From Pristiophorus japonicus (lineage: Eukaryota): DNA of 64,000 nucleotides. The notes beneath the pieces were generated by a model. It did no database searches. It was not told where the DNA came from and saw nothing but the letters and a program-made list of their open reading frames with translations. Of the stretch, positions 1 through 12,760 are shown in pieces. Position 1 is the stretch's first letter, and each line of letters begins with the position of its first letter. The position numbers and the translations under genes are program-made. The stretch is from the NCBI RefSeq assembly GCF_044704955.1, contig NC_091990.1:177506001-177570000 (forward strand). Direction: 5' to 3'.

Positions 1-145
1 ATACTTCCTTGTTGCTCAGTATTTTGCTCATCAGTGGTTCTATCTTTTGTCTCATGTCCATCACCAGTTTCTTTTGTGTCCTCCACCTTTGACCCTGCAC
101 TCAAACAAAGGAAAGAACATTCAGCTGCAATATTTTCAATGCTTT
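1..145 (-). CDS. Repeated exon C4', truncated by the window edge: ESIENIAAECSFLCLSAGSKVEDTKETGDGHETKDRTTDEQNTEQQGS...
   Basis: Acceptor tttcttgtctcag|AAAGC; frame open to position 1; the donor lies outside the window. Confidence 0.62.
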
Positions 146-2073
146 CTGAGACAAGAAACCTCAACCCATTCAGACAATCTGAATTTTTGCTGCTGAAGTC
201 CTGCAGTGCTGCTGCACCAGAGGTGAGCAGAAAAACGGACCCTAAATCCACCTGAACAGACAAGCCCAGATCCTGTCCGAATGCCAGGGACAAGTCATCT
301 GCATTAACGGGACAGGCCTCCGGAAACTGCAAGGGTGCAAGAGGGACGCTCGACCTGACATCGGTCCTGAAGTGCTGCCATTTCACTCTGAGGATGGTAG
401 AGGGAGCGCAGGAAGGACCCAACGAACTGAGTAATGTATTTTATTCATCGACGCCCCAGGGGATTCAGGGAAACAGTTTTAAAAAGGCAATCATTCGCCT
501 ATGGGTAAATTAGCTTTAGCTCGCTGTACTCTCCTGCATGTCGCACCTTATGACATTTTGGCATTAGGTTAGATACTTGTCACTCAATCTGCAGAAGTAA
601 TAGATTGATTTTCGAAAACAAAAATATTATTTAAAATACAGAATGGTGAAACTTGTGCAAGACAAAACCATTAACTCTGCATTAACGTTTAAACAGAGAA
701 TCGTCAGTATTTCTGCAAGCCCTTTACTTTACGTTTCAATTAGCGCAAAGATTGCATCACTGAGATTAGTGTAAACTTTTTGTGCAAAGTAATGGAAATA
801 TTACCTCCCCAGACATTAAATTGAAAGGGGGAAGCAAAGAGAGGCAGAAAAATCTAAGTACTCCCAGAGAGACCCAAAGTCAGAGAGCTTGAGCCAATGA
901 GGCAATAAAGTATCCTTACGAAATATAACGAGACATTCGGGACAGAGATATGAACAAAACCGCTGTCAGCTAAATGGAAAGGGACTGTCAGTGATACCCT
1001 CTCCCTGGTAATTGGACTATAGGACGGGTAAAAGATGATTGACATGAGAGATCCACCAGTCCATCGAAATAAAATATAAGAATGGGTGACTGAGAAGTGT
1101 AAGCAGGCATCTAGGGCCGGAGGCTTCCTAGAGGTTGACTAATGCTGGCTAAATAGCCTAACACCTTGGTCAAGTCTTAACCTCTGAAGTGAATCAATGC
1201 TTTTACTAACCTAACACCTCCAACAAGATGACCCTGCAGAAGTGACCACTGTCGCAGGCTGCAGGGATCCACCAATCCGAGACTAACGCTCTGCCTCGCC
1301 ATGGATTCGTCCATCTGTCTGTCTGTCTGGGACTCTGTTCCGGTCGTTTACCTCCACGTAGTTCAGTCTCCACTGTCCCGGGTTTGATGTGTATTATACC
1401 TATCTTAACTGTATGTAGTATCTGATTATGCTTTAAAACTATAACTCTTTAATAAAATATCTTACAAATCCTAAGAGCCTTTGGTGTGTGACCTGTGATC
1501 CTGATCTTACACAGGGATCTTTGAAATATGGGGCTTTCAGCAAATATTTACATTATCCCCTTAGTTTGTATTTCATGGCAAGAATGCATCTGATTGGATA
1601 CGAGATGGTCATAGACTTCTCTCGCTGCCCTGAATTTACCTCCGTCAACTAGCTTCAAATAATATTGGCGAATTTGCACAATGTGGATATTCAACTGCCC
1701 CCGTCTTACTCGCACACGACCTTATTGTGGTACAATCATTGTACAAATACTGTACTTTGATATAAGTGGGGAGCTCAGAAGAAAATATCATGAATTTCTG
1801 ATTTGAGAAAACAGGAGCTTCATCTCATCTGAATATGATGGCGACTACATCTTTCCATCAATAATGTACCGGGGTGTCAGTCGAGATAGATGTTCAAGTC
1901 CTGGAATGGGACTTCAACACACTACCTTCTGACTCAGAGACAAGTTTGCTGAATGATGTAGCTAATTGTTACAGGAATTTTTCAATTCCCAATGTGCCGA
2001 CTTCAATGCATGGACTACAAACAATTCTTTTTGCACTTCAATAGTAGATAAGGATTGTCACTATATTTATTAC

Positions 2074-2241
2074 CTGCAGTATCATTTGGTTTTGGTGTAC
2101 TTCCTTGTCCTTCAGTATTTTGCTCATCAGTGGTTCTATCTTTTGCCTCATGTCCATCACCAGTTTCTTTAGTGTCCTCTACCTTTGACCCTGCACTCAA
2201 ACAATGGAAAGAAAATGCAGCTGCAATATTTTCAATGCTTT
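2074..2241 (-). CDS. Repeated exon C3' (168 nt, phase 1-1): ESIENIAAAFSFHCLSAGSKVEDTKETGDGHEAKDRTTDEQNTEGQGSTPKPNDTA
   Basis: Acceptor attcttgtctcag|AAAGC, donor GCAG|gtaata, open frame. Confidence 0.72.
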
Positions 2242-2636
2242 CTGAGACAAGAATTATTAATTCTCCACACTATCTTGTTGTGGTCCAATTATTGTACAAA
2301 TACTACACTTTGATGTAAATGGGGTTCTCAGAAGAAAATTGCATCAATTTCTGAATATTGGAAAAGAGGAGCTTAATCTCAGCTGAATATGTTGGTGACC
2401 GTGACAATGTACCTTTCCATCAATAATGTACTGGGGTGTCAGTCGAGATATATGCTCAAGACCTGGAATGGGACTTCACCACACTAACTTGTGACTCAAA
2501 AACAAGTTTCCTGAATAATGTAGCTAATTGTTACAGCCATTTTTCAAGTCAAAAAGTGCTGACTTCAATGCATGGCCTACAAGCAATTCTTTTTGCACTT
2601 TCGATAGTAGATAAGGGTTTTCACCATATTTATTAA

Positions 2637-2802
2637 CTTCATCATTCTTTGGTGTTGGAATAGTTCCTTGTGCCACAGTATTTTGAGTGTCAGTGTGTAT
2701 AAGTTTTGCCTTATCTCCATGAACAGTTTCTTTTGCGTCCTCAACCTTTGACTCTGTACTCGAACACAGGAAATAACTCAGCTGCAATATTTTCAATGCT
2801 TT
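2637..2802 (-). pseudogene. Pseudoexon copy of the 168-nt exon (166 nt)
   Basis: Acceptor intact, but a 2-nt deletion after ESIENIAAE shifts the frame, and the donor is mutated to GAAG|ttaata. Confidence 0.7.
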
Positions 2803-3330
2803 CTGAGACAAGAAACCTCAACTCATTCAGACAATCTGAATTTTTGCTCCGAAGTCCTGCAGTGCTGCTGCACCAGAGGGAAAGCAGACAAGCAGACCCT
2901 AAATCCGCCTCACTTTATGAGATTTTGCCATTAGTTTAGATACTTGTCACTCAATCTGCCGCACAGAGTGGTAGAATAAACAAAATACTCCCAGGGAGAC
3001 CCAAAGTCAGATAGCATGGAGCCACTGAGGCAAGAAATATACGAAATATAATGAGACATTCAGCACAGAGATAAGATAGAAACCGCTGTCAGCTAGATGG
3101 GGAGGGACTGTCAGTGATACCCGCTCCCTGGTAATTGGACTATAGGATGGGTAAACGTTGATTGACACCAGGGATCCACAAGTCCATCGAAATAAAGTAT
3201 AAAAATGGGTGACGAGAACTGTAAGCAGGCATCTAGGACCGGAGGCTTCCTCGAGGTGGATTAATACTGGCTAAATAGCCTAACACCTTGGTCAAATCTA
3301 AACCTCTGAGGTGGATCAATGCTTATTACG

Positions 3331-5505
3331 AACATAAAAACAGAAAATAGGTGCAGGAGTAGGCCATTCCGCCCTTCGAGCCTGCACCACCATTCATTAA
3401 GATCATGGCTCATCATTCCCTCAGAACCCCTTTCCTGCTTTCTCTCCATACCCCTTGATCCATTTAGCTGTAAGGGCCATATCTAACACCCTCTTGAATA
3501 TATCCAATGAACTGGCATCAACAACTCTCTGCGGCAGGGAATTCCACAGGTTAACAACTCGGAGTGAAGAAGTTTCTCCTCATCTCAGTCCTAAATGGCC
3601 TACCCTTTATCCTAAGACTGTGTCTCCTGGTTCTGGATTTCACCAACATCAGGAACAATCCACCCGCATCTAATCTGCCCTGTCAGAATCTTGCATGTTT
3701 CTATGAGATCCCCTCTCATCCTTCTAAACTCCAATGTATAAAGGCCCAGTTAATCCAGTCTCTCTTCATATATGTCAATCCGGCCATCCCGGGAATCAGT
3801 CTGGTGAACCTTCGCTGCACTCCCTCAATAGCAAGAACGTCCTTCCTCAGATTAGGAGACCAAAATTGAACACAGTATTCCAGGTGAGGCCTCACCAAGG
3901 CCCTGTACAACTGCAGTAAAACTTCCCTGCTCCTGTACTCAAATCCCCTAGCTATGAAGGCCAACATGCCATTTGCCATCTTTACCGCCTGTTGCACCTG
4001 TATGCCAACTTTCAATGACTGATGTACCATGACACCCAGGTCTCATTGCACCTTCCCTTTTCCTAATCTGCCACCATTCACATAATATTCTGTCTTCGCC
4101 TTTTTACCCCAAAAGTGGATAACCTCACATTTATCCACATTATACTGCATCTGCCATGCATTTGCCCCATCACCTAACCTGTCTAAGTCACCCTGCAGCC
4201 TCTTAGCATCCTCCTCACAGCTCACACCGCCACCCAGTTTAGTGTCATCTGCAAACTTGGAGATATTACACTCAATTCCTTCATCCAAATCATTGATGTA
4301 TATTGTAAAGAGCTGGGATCCCAGCACTGAGCCCTGCAGCACTCAACTAGTCACTGCCTGCCATTCTGAACAGAACCCGTTTATCCCAACTCTCTGCTTC
4401 CTGTCTACCAACCAGTTCTCTACCAAGTCAGTATATTACCCCCAATAACATGTGCTTTGATTTTGCACACCAATCTCTTATGTGGGACCTTGTCCAATGC
4501 CTTTTGAAAGTCCAAATGCACCACATCCACTGGTTATCCCTTGTTCACTCTAATCGTTACATTCTTTAAAAATTCCAGAAGTTACCATCGAAGGTACCTT
4601 TCCTTAAGTTCAGGACCCTAGTCTCTGAATTAACTGTGCCACTCTCCAGCTTAATAAAGAATTCTACCATATTATGGTCACTCTTCCCCAAGGGGCCTCT
4701 CACAACATGATTGCTAATTAGTCCTTTCTCATTACACATCACCCAGTCTAGGATGGCCAGCCCTCTAGTTGGTTCCTCGACATATTGGTCTAGAAAACCA
4801 TCTCTAATACACTCCAGGAAATCCTCCACCACCGCATTGCTATCATTTTGGTTAGCCCAATCAATATGTAGATTAAAGTCGCCCATGATAACTGCTGTAC
4901 CTTTATTGCACGCATCCCTAATTTCTTGTTTGATGCTGTCCCCAACCTCACTACTACTGCTTGGTGGTCTGTACACAAATCCCACTAGCATTTTCTGCCT
5001 TTGGTATTCCGTAGCTCCACCCATACAGATTCCACATCATCCAAGCTAATGTCTTTCCTTACTATTACATTAATTTACTCTTTAACCAGCAATGCCACCC
5101 CACCTCCTTTTACTTTCTGTCTATCCTTCCTAACTGTTGAATGCCCTTGGATGTTGAATTTCCAGCCTTGGTCACCCTGGAGCAATGTCTCCGTGATGCC
5201 AATTATATCAAACCCATTAACTGTTATCTGCGCAGTTAATTCGTCCACCTTATTCCGAATAATCCTCGCATTGAGGCACAGAGCCTTCAGGCTTGTCTTT
5301 TTAAACATACTTTGCCCCTTTAGAATTTTGCTTTTTGCCTTTTTTGCTTTTTGCCTTGGGTTTCTCTGCCCTCCACTTTTACTTTTCTTCTTTCTATCTT
5401 TTGCTTTTGTCCCCATTCTACTTCCCTCTGTCTCCCTGCATAGGTTCCCCTCCCCATGCCATATTAGTTCAACGCCTCCCTAACAGCACTCGCAAACACT
5501 ACCCC
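3331..5505 (-). mobile_element. CR1-type LINE, internally deleted (EN and RT fragments plus 3' UTR)
   Basis: LCLNARIIRNK, IMGDFN, QGSVLG, KFADDTK and LVRPHLEYCVQFWSP motifs in minus-strand ORFs; there is an EN-to-RT jump near 4565. Confidence 0.93.
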
Positions 5506-7045
5506 TCTGACATTATTACAGTTTGCCATTAGGTTAGATACTTGTCACTCACTCTGCCGAAGTGATAGTTTGATTTTTGATCCCGAAAATATTATTTAAA
5601 ACACAGAACAGTGAAACTTGTGCATGACAAAATAATTAATTCGGCATTAATGTTTAAACACAGGATCGTCAGTATTTCCACAGGCCCTTTGTTTCACGCT
5701 TCAATTAACGCAAAGATTGCATCAGAGAGATTCGTGCAAACCTTTTGTTCAAGGTAATAGAAATATTATGTCCTCGGACATTAAATCGATAAGGGGAAGC
5801 ACCAAGCCGTAGAATAAACCAAGTACTCCCAGGGAGACCCAAAGTCAGAGAGCATGAGCCAATGAGACAATAAAGTGTCCTTACGAAATATAACAAAACA
5901 TTCAGCACGGAGATAAGAAAGAAACTGCTGTCAGCTAGATGGGAAGGGACTGTCAGTGATAACCTCTCCCTGGTTTTGGACTATAGGACGGGTAAAAGAT
6001 GATTGACACCAGGGATCCACAAGTCCATCGAAATAAAGTATAAAAATGTGTGACCGAGAAGTGTAAGCAGGCATCTAGGGCCGGAGGCTCCCTCTAGGTG
6101 GACTAATGCTGGCTAAATAGCCTAACACCTTGGTCAAGTCTTAACCTCTGAAGTGAATCATTGCTTTTACTAACCTAACACCTCCAACAGCTCGAAAGAT
6201 GACCCTGCAGAAGTGACCCTTGTCGCAGGCTGCAGGGATCCACCAATCCGAGACTACCGCTCTGCCTCGCCATGGATTCGTCCGTCTGTCTGTCTGTCTG
6301 GGACTCTGTTCCGGTCGTTTACCTCCACATAGTTCAGTCTCAACTGTCCCGGGTTTTATGTGTATTATACCTATCTTAACTGTATGTAGTATCTGATTAT
6401 GCTTTAAAACTGTAACTCTTTAATAAAATATCTTACAAATCCTAAGAGCCTTTGGTGTGTGACCTGTGATCCTAATCTTACACAGGGATCTTTGAAATAT
6501 GGGGCTTTCAGCAAATATTTACATTATCCCCTTAGTTTCTAATTCAAGACATGAATGCATCTGATTGGATACGAGATGGTAGTAGACTTCTCTCGCTGCC
6601 CTGAATTTACCTCCGTCAACTAGCTTCAAATAATATTGACCACAACTTGGATATTCAACTGCCCCCGTCTTACTCGCACACGACCTTATTGTGGTCCAAT
6701 CATTGTACAAATACTGTACTTTGATGTAAGTGGGGTTCTCAGAAGAAAATATCATGAATTTCTGAATTTGAGGAAAGAGGAGCTTCATCTCATCTGAATA
6801 TGATGGCGATTGTAACAATGCATCTTTCCATCAATAATGTACTGGGGTGTCAGTCGAGATAGATGCTCAAGTCCTGGAATGGGACTTCAACACACTACTT
6901 CTGACTCAGCGATAAGCTTGCTGAATGATTAGCTGATTGTTACAGGAATTTTTCAATTCCCAATGTGCCGTCTTCAATGCATGGACTGCAAACAATTCTT
7001 TTTGCACTTTCGATAGTAGATAAAGGATGTCAACATATTTATTAC

Positions 7046-7213
7046 CTTCATCATTCTTTGATGTTGGAATACCTCCTTGTTCCGCAGTATTTTGAGCATC
7101 AGTGTTTTTCTGTTTTGCCTTATTTCCATCCATATTTTTTTTTGTGTCCTCTAACTTCGAATCTGTATTCGAACACAGAAAAGAACTGTCAGCTGCAATA
7201 TTTTTAATGCTTT
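7046..7213 (-). CDS. Repeated exon C2' (168 nt, phase 1-1): ESIKNIAADSSFLCSNTDSKLEDTKKNMDGNKAKQKNTDAQNTAEQGGIPTSKNDE
   Basis: Acceptor tttcttgtctcag|AAAGC, donor GAAG|gtaata, open frame. Confidence 0.72.
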
Positions 7214-7319
7214 CTGAGACAAGAAACCTCAACCCATTCAGACAATCTGAAGTTCTGCAGTACTGCTGCACCAGAGGTGAGCAGAAAAGCGGACCCTAAA
7301 TCTGTCTCACGTTACGACA

Positions 7320-8282
7320 TTTTGCCATTAGGTTAGATACTTGTCACTCACTCTGCCGAAGTGATAGATTGATTTTCGATAACAAAAATATTATTTAAAA
7401 CACAGAACGGTGAAACTTGTGCACGACAAAATCATTAATTCTGCAATAATGTTTAAACACAGGATCGTCAGAATTTTCCGCAAGCCCTTCGCTTTACGCA
7501 TCAATTAACGCAAACATTGCATCAGTGAGATTAGTACAAACCTTTTGTGCAAGATAATAGAAATATTACCTTCGCGGACATTAAAATGATAAGGGGAAGC
7601 ACAGAGCGGTAGAATAAACAAAGTACTCCAAGGGAGACCCAAATTCAGAGAGAATGAGCCAATGAGGCAATAAAGTGTCTTTATGAAATAAAACGAGATG
7701 TTCAGCACAGAGATAAGAAAGAAACCGCATCAGCTAGATGGGAAGGGACTGTCAGTGATACCCTCTCCCTGGTAATTGGACGATAGGACGGGTAAAAGAT
7801 GATTGAAATCAGGGATCCACCAGTCCATCTAAATAAAGTATAAAGATGGGTGACCGAGAAGTGTAAGCAGGCATCTAGGGCCGGAGGTTTCTCGAGGTGG
7901 ACTAATGCTGGCTAAATAGCCGAACACCTTGGTCAAGTCTTAACCTCGGAGGTGGATCAATGCTTCTTACTAACCTAACACCTCCAACAGCTCGAAAGAC
8001 AACCCGGCAGAAGTGACCACTGTCGCAGGCTGCAGGGATCCACCAATCCGAGACAACCGCTCTGCCTCGCCATGCGTTCGTCCGTCTGTCTGGGACTCCG
8101 TTCCGATCGTTTAACTCCGCGTACTTCGCTCTCAACTGTCCCGGGTTGTATGCCTATTATACCTATCTCAACTGTATGTAGTATCTGATTATGCTTTAAC
8201 ACTGTAGCTCTTTAATAAAATACCTTACAGTTCCTAAGACCCTTTGGGTATCTGTATGTGACCTGTGATCCTAATCTTACAC
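7320..8282 (+). mobile_element. Possible solo-LTR-like segment inside the 1.8-kb unit (this copy representative)
   Basis: CCAAT (gagccaatgag), TATA-like gtataaa near 7838, AATAAA near 8215 followed by a GT-rich tract, ending ...TCTTACA. No TSD or 5' TG boundary identified. Confidence 0.35.
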
Positions 8283-8851
8283 GGGAATCTTTGAAGTATG
8301 GGGCTATCAGCAAATATTTACATTAGCCCCTTAGTTTCTATTTCAAGACAAGAATGCATCTGATTGTACGAGATGGTAGTAGAGTTCTCTCGCTGCCCTG
8401 AATTTACCTCCGTCAACTAGCTTCAAATAATATTGCCGAATTTGCACAACTTGGATAGTCAACTGTCCCCGTCTTACTCGCACACGACCTTATTGTGGTC
8501 CAACCATTGTACAAATACTGTACTTTGATGTAAGTGGGGTTCTCAGAAGAAAGTATCATGAATATCTGATTTTGAGGAAAGACGAGCTTCATCTCATCTG
8601 AATATGATGGCCAATGTGACAATGCATCTTGCCATCAATAATGTACTGGGCTGTAAGTCGAGATATATGCTCAAGTGCTGGAATGGGACTTCAACACACT
8701 ACCATCTGACTCAGAGACAAGTTTGCTGAATGATGTAGCTAATTGTTCCAGGAATGTTTCAATTCCCAATGTGCCGACTTCAATGCATGGACTACAAACA
8801 ATTCTTTTTGCACTTTCGATAGTAGATAAGGGTTGCCACCATATTTATTAC

Positions 8852-9019
8852 CTTCATCATGCTTTGATGTTGGAATACTGCCTTGTGCCACAGTATTTTG
8901 AGTGTCATTGTGTACATGGTTTGCCTTATTTCCATCAAAATTTCCCTTTGTGTCCTCCATCTTCGACTCTGTACTCGAACACAGAAAGGAATTGTCAGCC
9001 GCAATATTTTTAACGCTTT
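8852..9019 (-). CDS. Repeated exon C1' (168 nt, phase 1-1): ESVKNIAADNSFLCSSTESKMEDTKGNFDGNKANHVHNDTQNTVAQGSIPTSKHDE
   Basis: Acceptor ccttccctcag|AAAGC, donor GAAG|gtaata; length and frame are conserved across copies. Confidence 0.7.
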
Positions 9020-10687
9020 CTGAGGGAAGGCCCCTCAACCCATTCAGACAATCTGAATTTTTGCTCCGAAGTCCTGCAGTACTGCTGCACCAGAGGTGAT
9101 GAGAAAAGCGGACCCTAAATCCGTCTGAGAATATGACATTTTGCCATTAGGTTAGATACATGTCACTCAATCTGCAGAAGTGATGGATTGATTTTCGACA
9201 ATAAAAAATATTATTTAAAACACAGAACAGTGAAACTTGTGCATGACAAAATCATTAATTCTGCAATAATGTTTAAACACAGGATCGTCAGTATTTTCCA
9301 CAAGCCCTTCACTTTACGCATCAATTAACGAAAAGATTGCATCAGTGAGATTAGTGCAAACCTTTTGTGCAAGATAATAGAAATATTACCTTCGCGGACA
9401 TTAAATTGATAAAGGGAAGCACAGAGCGGTAGAATAAATAAAGTACTCCAAGGGAGACCCAAATTCAGAGAGCATGAGCCAATGAAGCAATAAAGTGTCT
9501 TTACGAAATAAAACGAGACATTCAGCACAGAGATAAGAAAGAAACCGCTATCAGCTAAATGGGAAGGGACTGTCAGTGATACCCTCTCCCTGGTAATTGG
9601 ACTATAGGATGTGTAAAAGATGATTGACACCAGGGATCCAACAGTCCATCGAAATAAAGTATAAAGATGGGTGACCGAGAAGTGTAAGCAGGCATCTAGG
9701 GCCGGAGGTTTCCTCTAGGTGGACTAATGCTGGCTAAATAGCCTAACACCTTGCTCAAATCTTAACCTCTGAAGTGGATCAATGCTTTTACTAACCTAAC
9801 ACCTCCAACAGCTCAGCTCGAAAGACAACCCTGCAGAAGTGACCCCTGTCGCAGGCTGCAGGGATCCACCAATTCGAGACTAGCACTCTGTCTCGCCATG
9901 CGTTCATCCGTCTGTCTATCAGACTGTCTGGGACTTCGTTCCGCTAGTTTAACTCCGTGTAGTTCGCTCTCAACTGTCCAGTGTTGTATGTCTATTATTC
10001 CTATCTTAACTGTATGTAGTATGTGATTAGGCTTTAACACTGTAGCTCTTGAATAAAATACCTTGCAAATCCTAAGACCCTGTGGGTATCTGTATGTGAC
10101 CTGTGATCCTATTCTTGCACAAGGGATCTTTGAAGTATTGGGCTTTCAGCCAATATTTACATTAGCCCCTTAGTTTATATTTCAAGGCAAGAATGCATCT
10201 GATTGGACACGAGATGGTAGTAGGCTTCTCTCGCTGCCCTGAATTTACCTCCATCAACTAGCTTCAAATAATATTGGCGAATTCGTACAACTTGGATATT
10301 GAACTGCCCCCGTCGTACCAACACACTACCTTATTGTGGTCCAATCATTGTACAAATACTGTACTTTGATGTAAGTGGGGTTCTCACAAGAAAATATCAT
10401 GTATTTCTGAATTTGAGAAAAGAGGAGATTCATCGCATCTGAATATGATGCCGACCGTGACAATGCATCTTTCCATCAATAATGTACTGGGCTGCCAGTC
10501 GAGATAGATGTTCAAGTTCTGGAATGGGACTTCAACACACTACCTTCTGACTCAGAGACAAGTTTGCTGAATGATGTAGCTAATTGTTACAGGAAGTTTT
10601 CAATTAATAATAAAGCAGAGCCAGGTTTGTACCTGTGTTAGTTTACAGTATTCAGTCTATCGCGTTATTACATACATAACACACTAT

Positions 10688-11875
10688 AACAGAACTTCCA
10701 TTTTGTTCTTTCCTCTCCTACCCCTTTCCCTGCTCCACTTGCTTAAAAACCTGTTACATTTCTAACTTTTTCCAGTTCTGACAAAAGCTCATCGACCTGA
10801 AACGTTAACTCTGTTTCTATCTCCACAGATGCTGCCATACCTGCTGAGTATTTCCAGCATTTTCTGTTGTTCATTTAGATTTCCAGCGACAGCAGTATTT
10901 TGCTTTTTTATTAACAATAATTACATTGCTAAAAGGGCACTTGCACTATTAATAACCAGATTTAACTTTCTGATATGACTTTAACAGGCAATTAATGCGT
11001 AAATGCAGGAACCTCATGAAATTCATGTGGTAGTTAAGGACAGGCTGCCGTTTATGTGAACCTAACGGCAAATTGTCCAGCAACTTGTGTTGATTTGCAA
11101 TATACGGGGTATCTTGTTACCCACTGAACCTGCTGGACGATTTGCTCATTATGTGTCGTTCACATGCCATTACTTTTTCAGCAAGTTCCAGCTAATTATT
11201 TCAAGCTATCTTTATCTTGGTGCCACGATTTGCAGCCAAAGGTTTTCAGCATCATGTGTGCAGGGATTTGTGTTGTGTATAAAATGCTGAAATTACCTGC
11301 TGTAACCTTCAGTCGTGTAGTTTTAGTACAAACTTTCTCAGTTGTGTCCTGTTTAACTTCAATGATTAGCTCAGCGCCATCGTCCTTGGATACATCAGGA
11401 CACAGGGTAATGTCGCAGGGTATTCTGAAATTCTTTTCAGCAGTACGTTGTAATTCTGGCACCTCAGCAGTGAAGGAGTCATCTTTCGTGCAGGAATGTG
11501 ATATACTTGTGAGGGGAATAGATACTTTATTTGGTCCTGACCAGCTCGCTACTGGAATTTGCCAGTGAAATAGCTTCTTTGTTTCCTGCTCCCCTTTCCT
11601 CTTCAAGGATGTAACAATGTTCACCGTCTCTCGAAGGAACAGAGTAACTTCCCACTTCAGTTGAACTTTCTCATTATGTTTGATTTTATCCGGTTTTGTG
11701 ATATCACTAATTGTAGGAGGATCTACAACAGAAAGCAAAACAATGTGAAATAAACTTTATGTTCCAACTCACTCATGTACATCCTTGTTCAGAGATGATG
11801 TACAAACTGAATAGCAATGTTCCAAAATGTGTATCATTGCAGAGGATTGCGGCATTATGCATCGCCATGGAATCA
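10688..11875. repeat. Segmental duplicate of ~14008-15205 (Penelope end, intron and Ig-like exon)
   Basis: Colinear similarity from ACAGAACTTCCATTTTGTTCT through the exon to TTATGCATCG.CATGG. Confidence 0.92.
11297..11722 (-). CDS. Atypical Ig C-like domain exon B2 (426 nt, phase 1-1)
   Basis: Acceptor ctttctgttgtag|ATCCT, donor GCAG|gtaatt; paralogue of B1 with the same length and an open frame. Confidence 0.8.
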
Positions 11876-12588
11876 AACAATTAATCTCGCCCTGAAATAT
11901 AAAATTTCATTAACCTCGCTTCCAATTTCCACCCTTCCCTCACCTTCACATGGTCCATCTCCAACTCTTTCCTTCCATTCCTAGACTACTCTGTTTCTAT
12001 ATCTGGGGATGGGCTATTGACAAGCATTTACTATAAACCCACTGATGCCCACAGCTACTTGGATTACACTTCCTTCCACCCCGCTTGCTGTAAGGACTCC
12101 ATTCCATTCTCCCAGTTTCTCCGGTTCCGTCGCATCTGTTCTGACGATGCCACCTTCCATACTGATACTTTCGATAAGTCTTCCTTTTTCCGCAACCGAA
12201 GATTCCCCTCTCCTGTGGTTCACATAGCTCCCGACCATGTCCATTCTATTTCCTGCACTTCTGCTCTCACCCCTTCCCCTCCCTTCCAGAACCAAGATTG
12301 GGTTCACCTTGTTCTCACCTTTCATCCCACCAGCCAACACATTCAATGGATCATCCTCTGTCATTTCCGCCACATCCAGCGTGATCCCACCACCAAACAT
12401 CTTCCCCTCCCCTCCCCTTTCAGCATTCTGAAGGGATTGCTCCCTCCATGACACCCTGGTTCACTCCTCAATCACCCCCAAAACCCTCACCCCTTCCCTT
12501 TCCACGGCACCTTCCCATGAAAGCACAGGAGATGCAACACCTGCCCTTTTATCTCCTCCCTTCCCACTGTCGAGGCCCCCAAACACTC

Positions 12589-12760
12589 ATAAGAACATAA
12601 GAAATAGAAACAGGAGTAGGCCATACAGCCCCTCGAGCCGGCTCCGCCATTCAATAAATCATGGCTGATCTGATCATGGACTCAGCTCCACTTCCCCGCC
12701 CGCACCCCATAACCCCTTATCGTTTAAGAAATTGTGTATTTCTGTCATAAATTTATTTGA
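12589..12760 (-). mobile_element. CR1 LINE 3'-end fragment nested in the Penelope element
   Basis: Same 3' UTR (ataagaacataagaaatag...gagcc.gctccgccattcaa) as the LINE at 16569. Confidence 0.8.

Larger units (their letters stand above)
1..10605. repeat. ~1.8-kb tandem segmental repeat (about 5-6 full or partial units) carrying the 168-nt exon
   Basis: Marker GGAC(T/G)ATAGGA recurs near 1014, 3137, 5977, 7778 and 9599. TTTACATTA(T/G)CCCCTTAG recurs near 1547, 6518, 8317 and 10156. Spacing is ~1.8 kb where undisturbed. Confidence 0.95.

Noticed and set aside
6519-6818. 99-aa ORF and related short ORFs recurring in the 1.8-kb units
   Set aside because: Stops and frameshifts differ between copies; the recurrence only reflects DNA duplication.
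7975-8075. ATG in good context (MARQS...) with a downstream GT as a possible first exon
   Set aside because: In-frame stop before the donor, indels between copies, no signal-peptide character, and it lies in the LTR-like segment.
8739-8851. Read-through of the 168-nt exon into NKYGGNPYLL...NN-stop as a terminal exon with Tyr motifs
   Set aside because: A conserved GT donor precedes it, the frame is broken downstream of the donor in the 2241 copy, and the Tyr context does not fit ITIM, ITAM or NPxY. Intron retention is not excluded.
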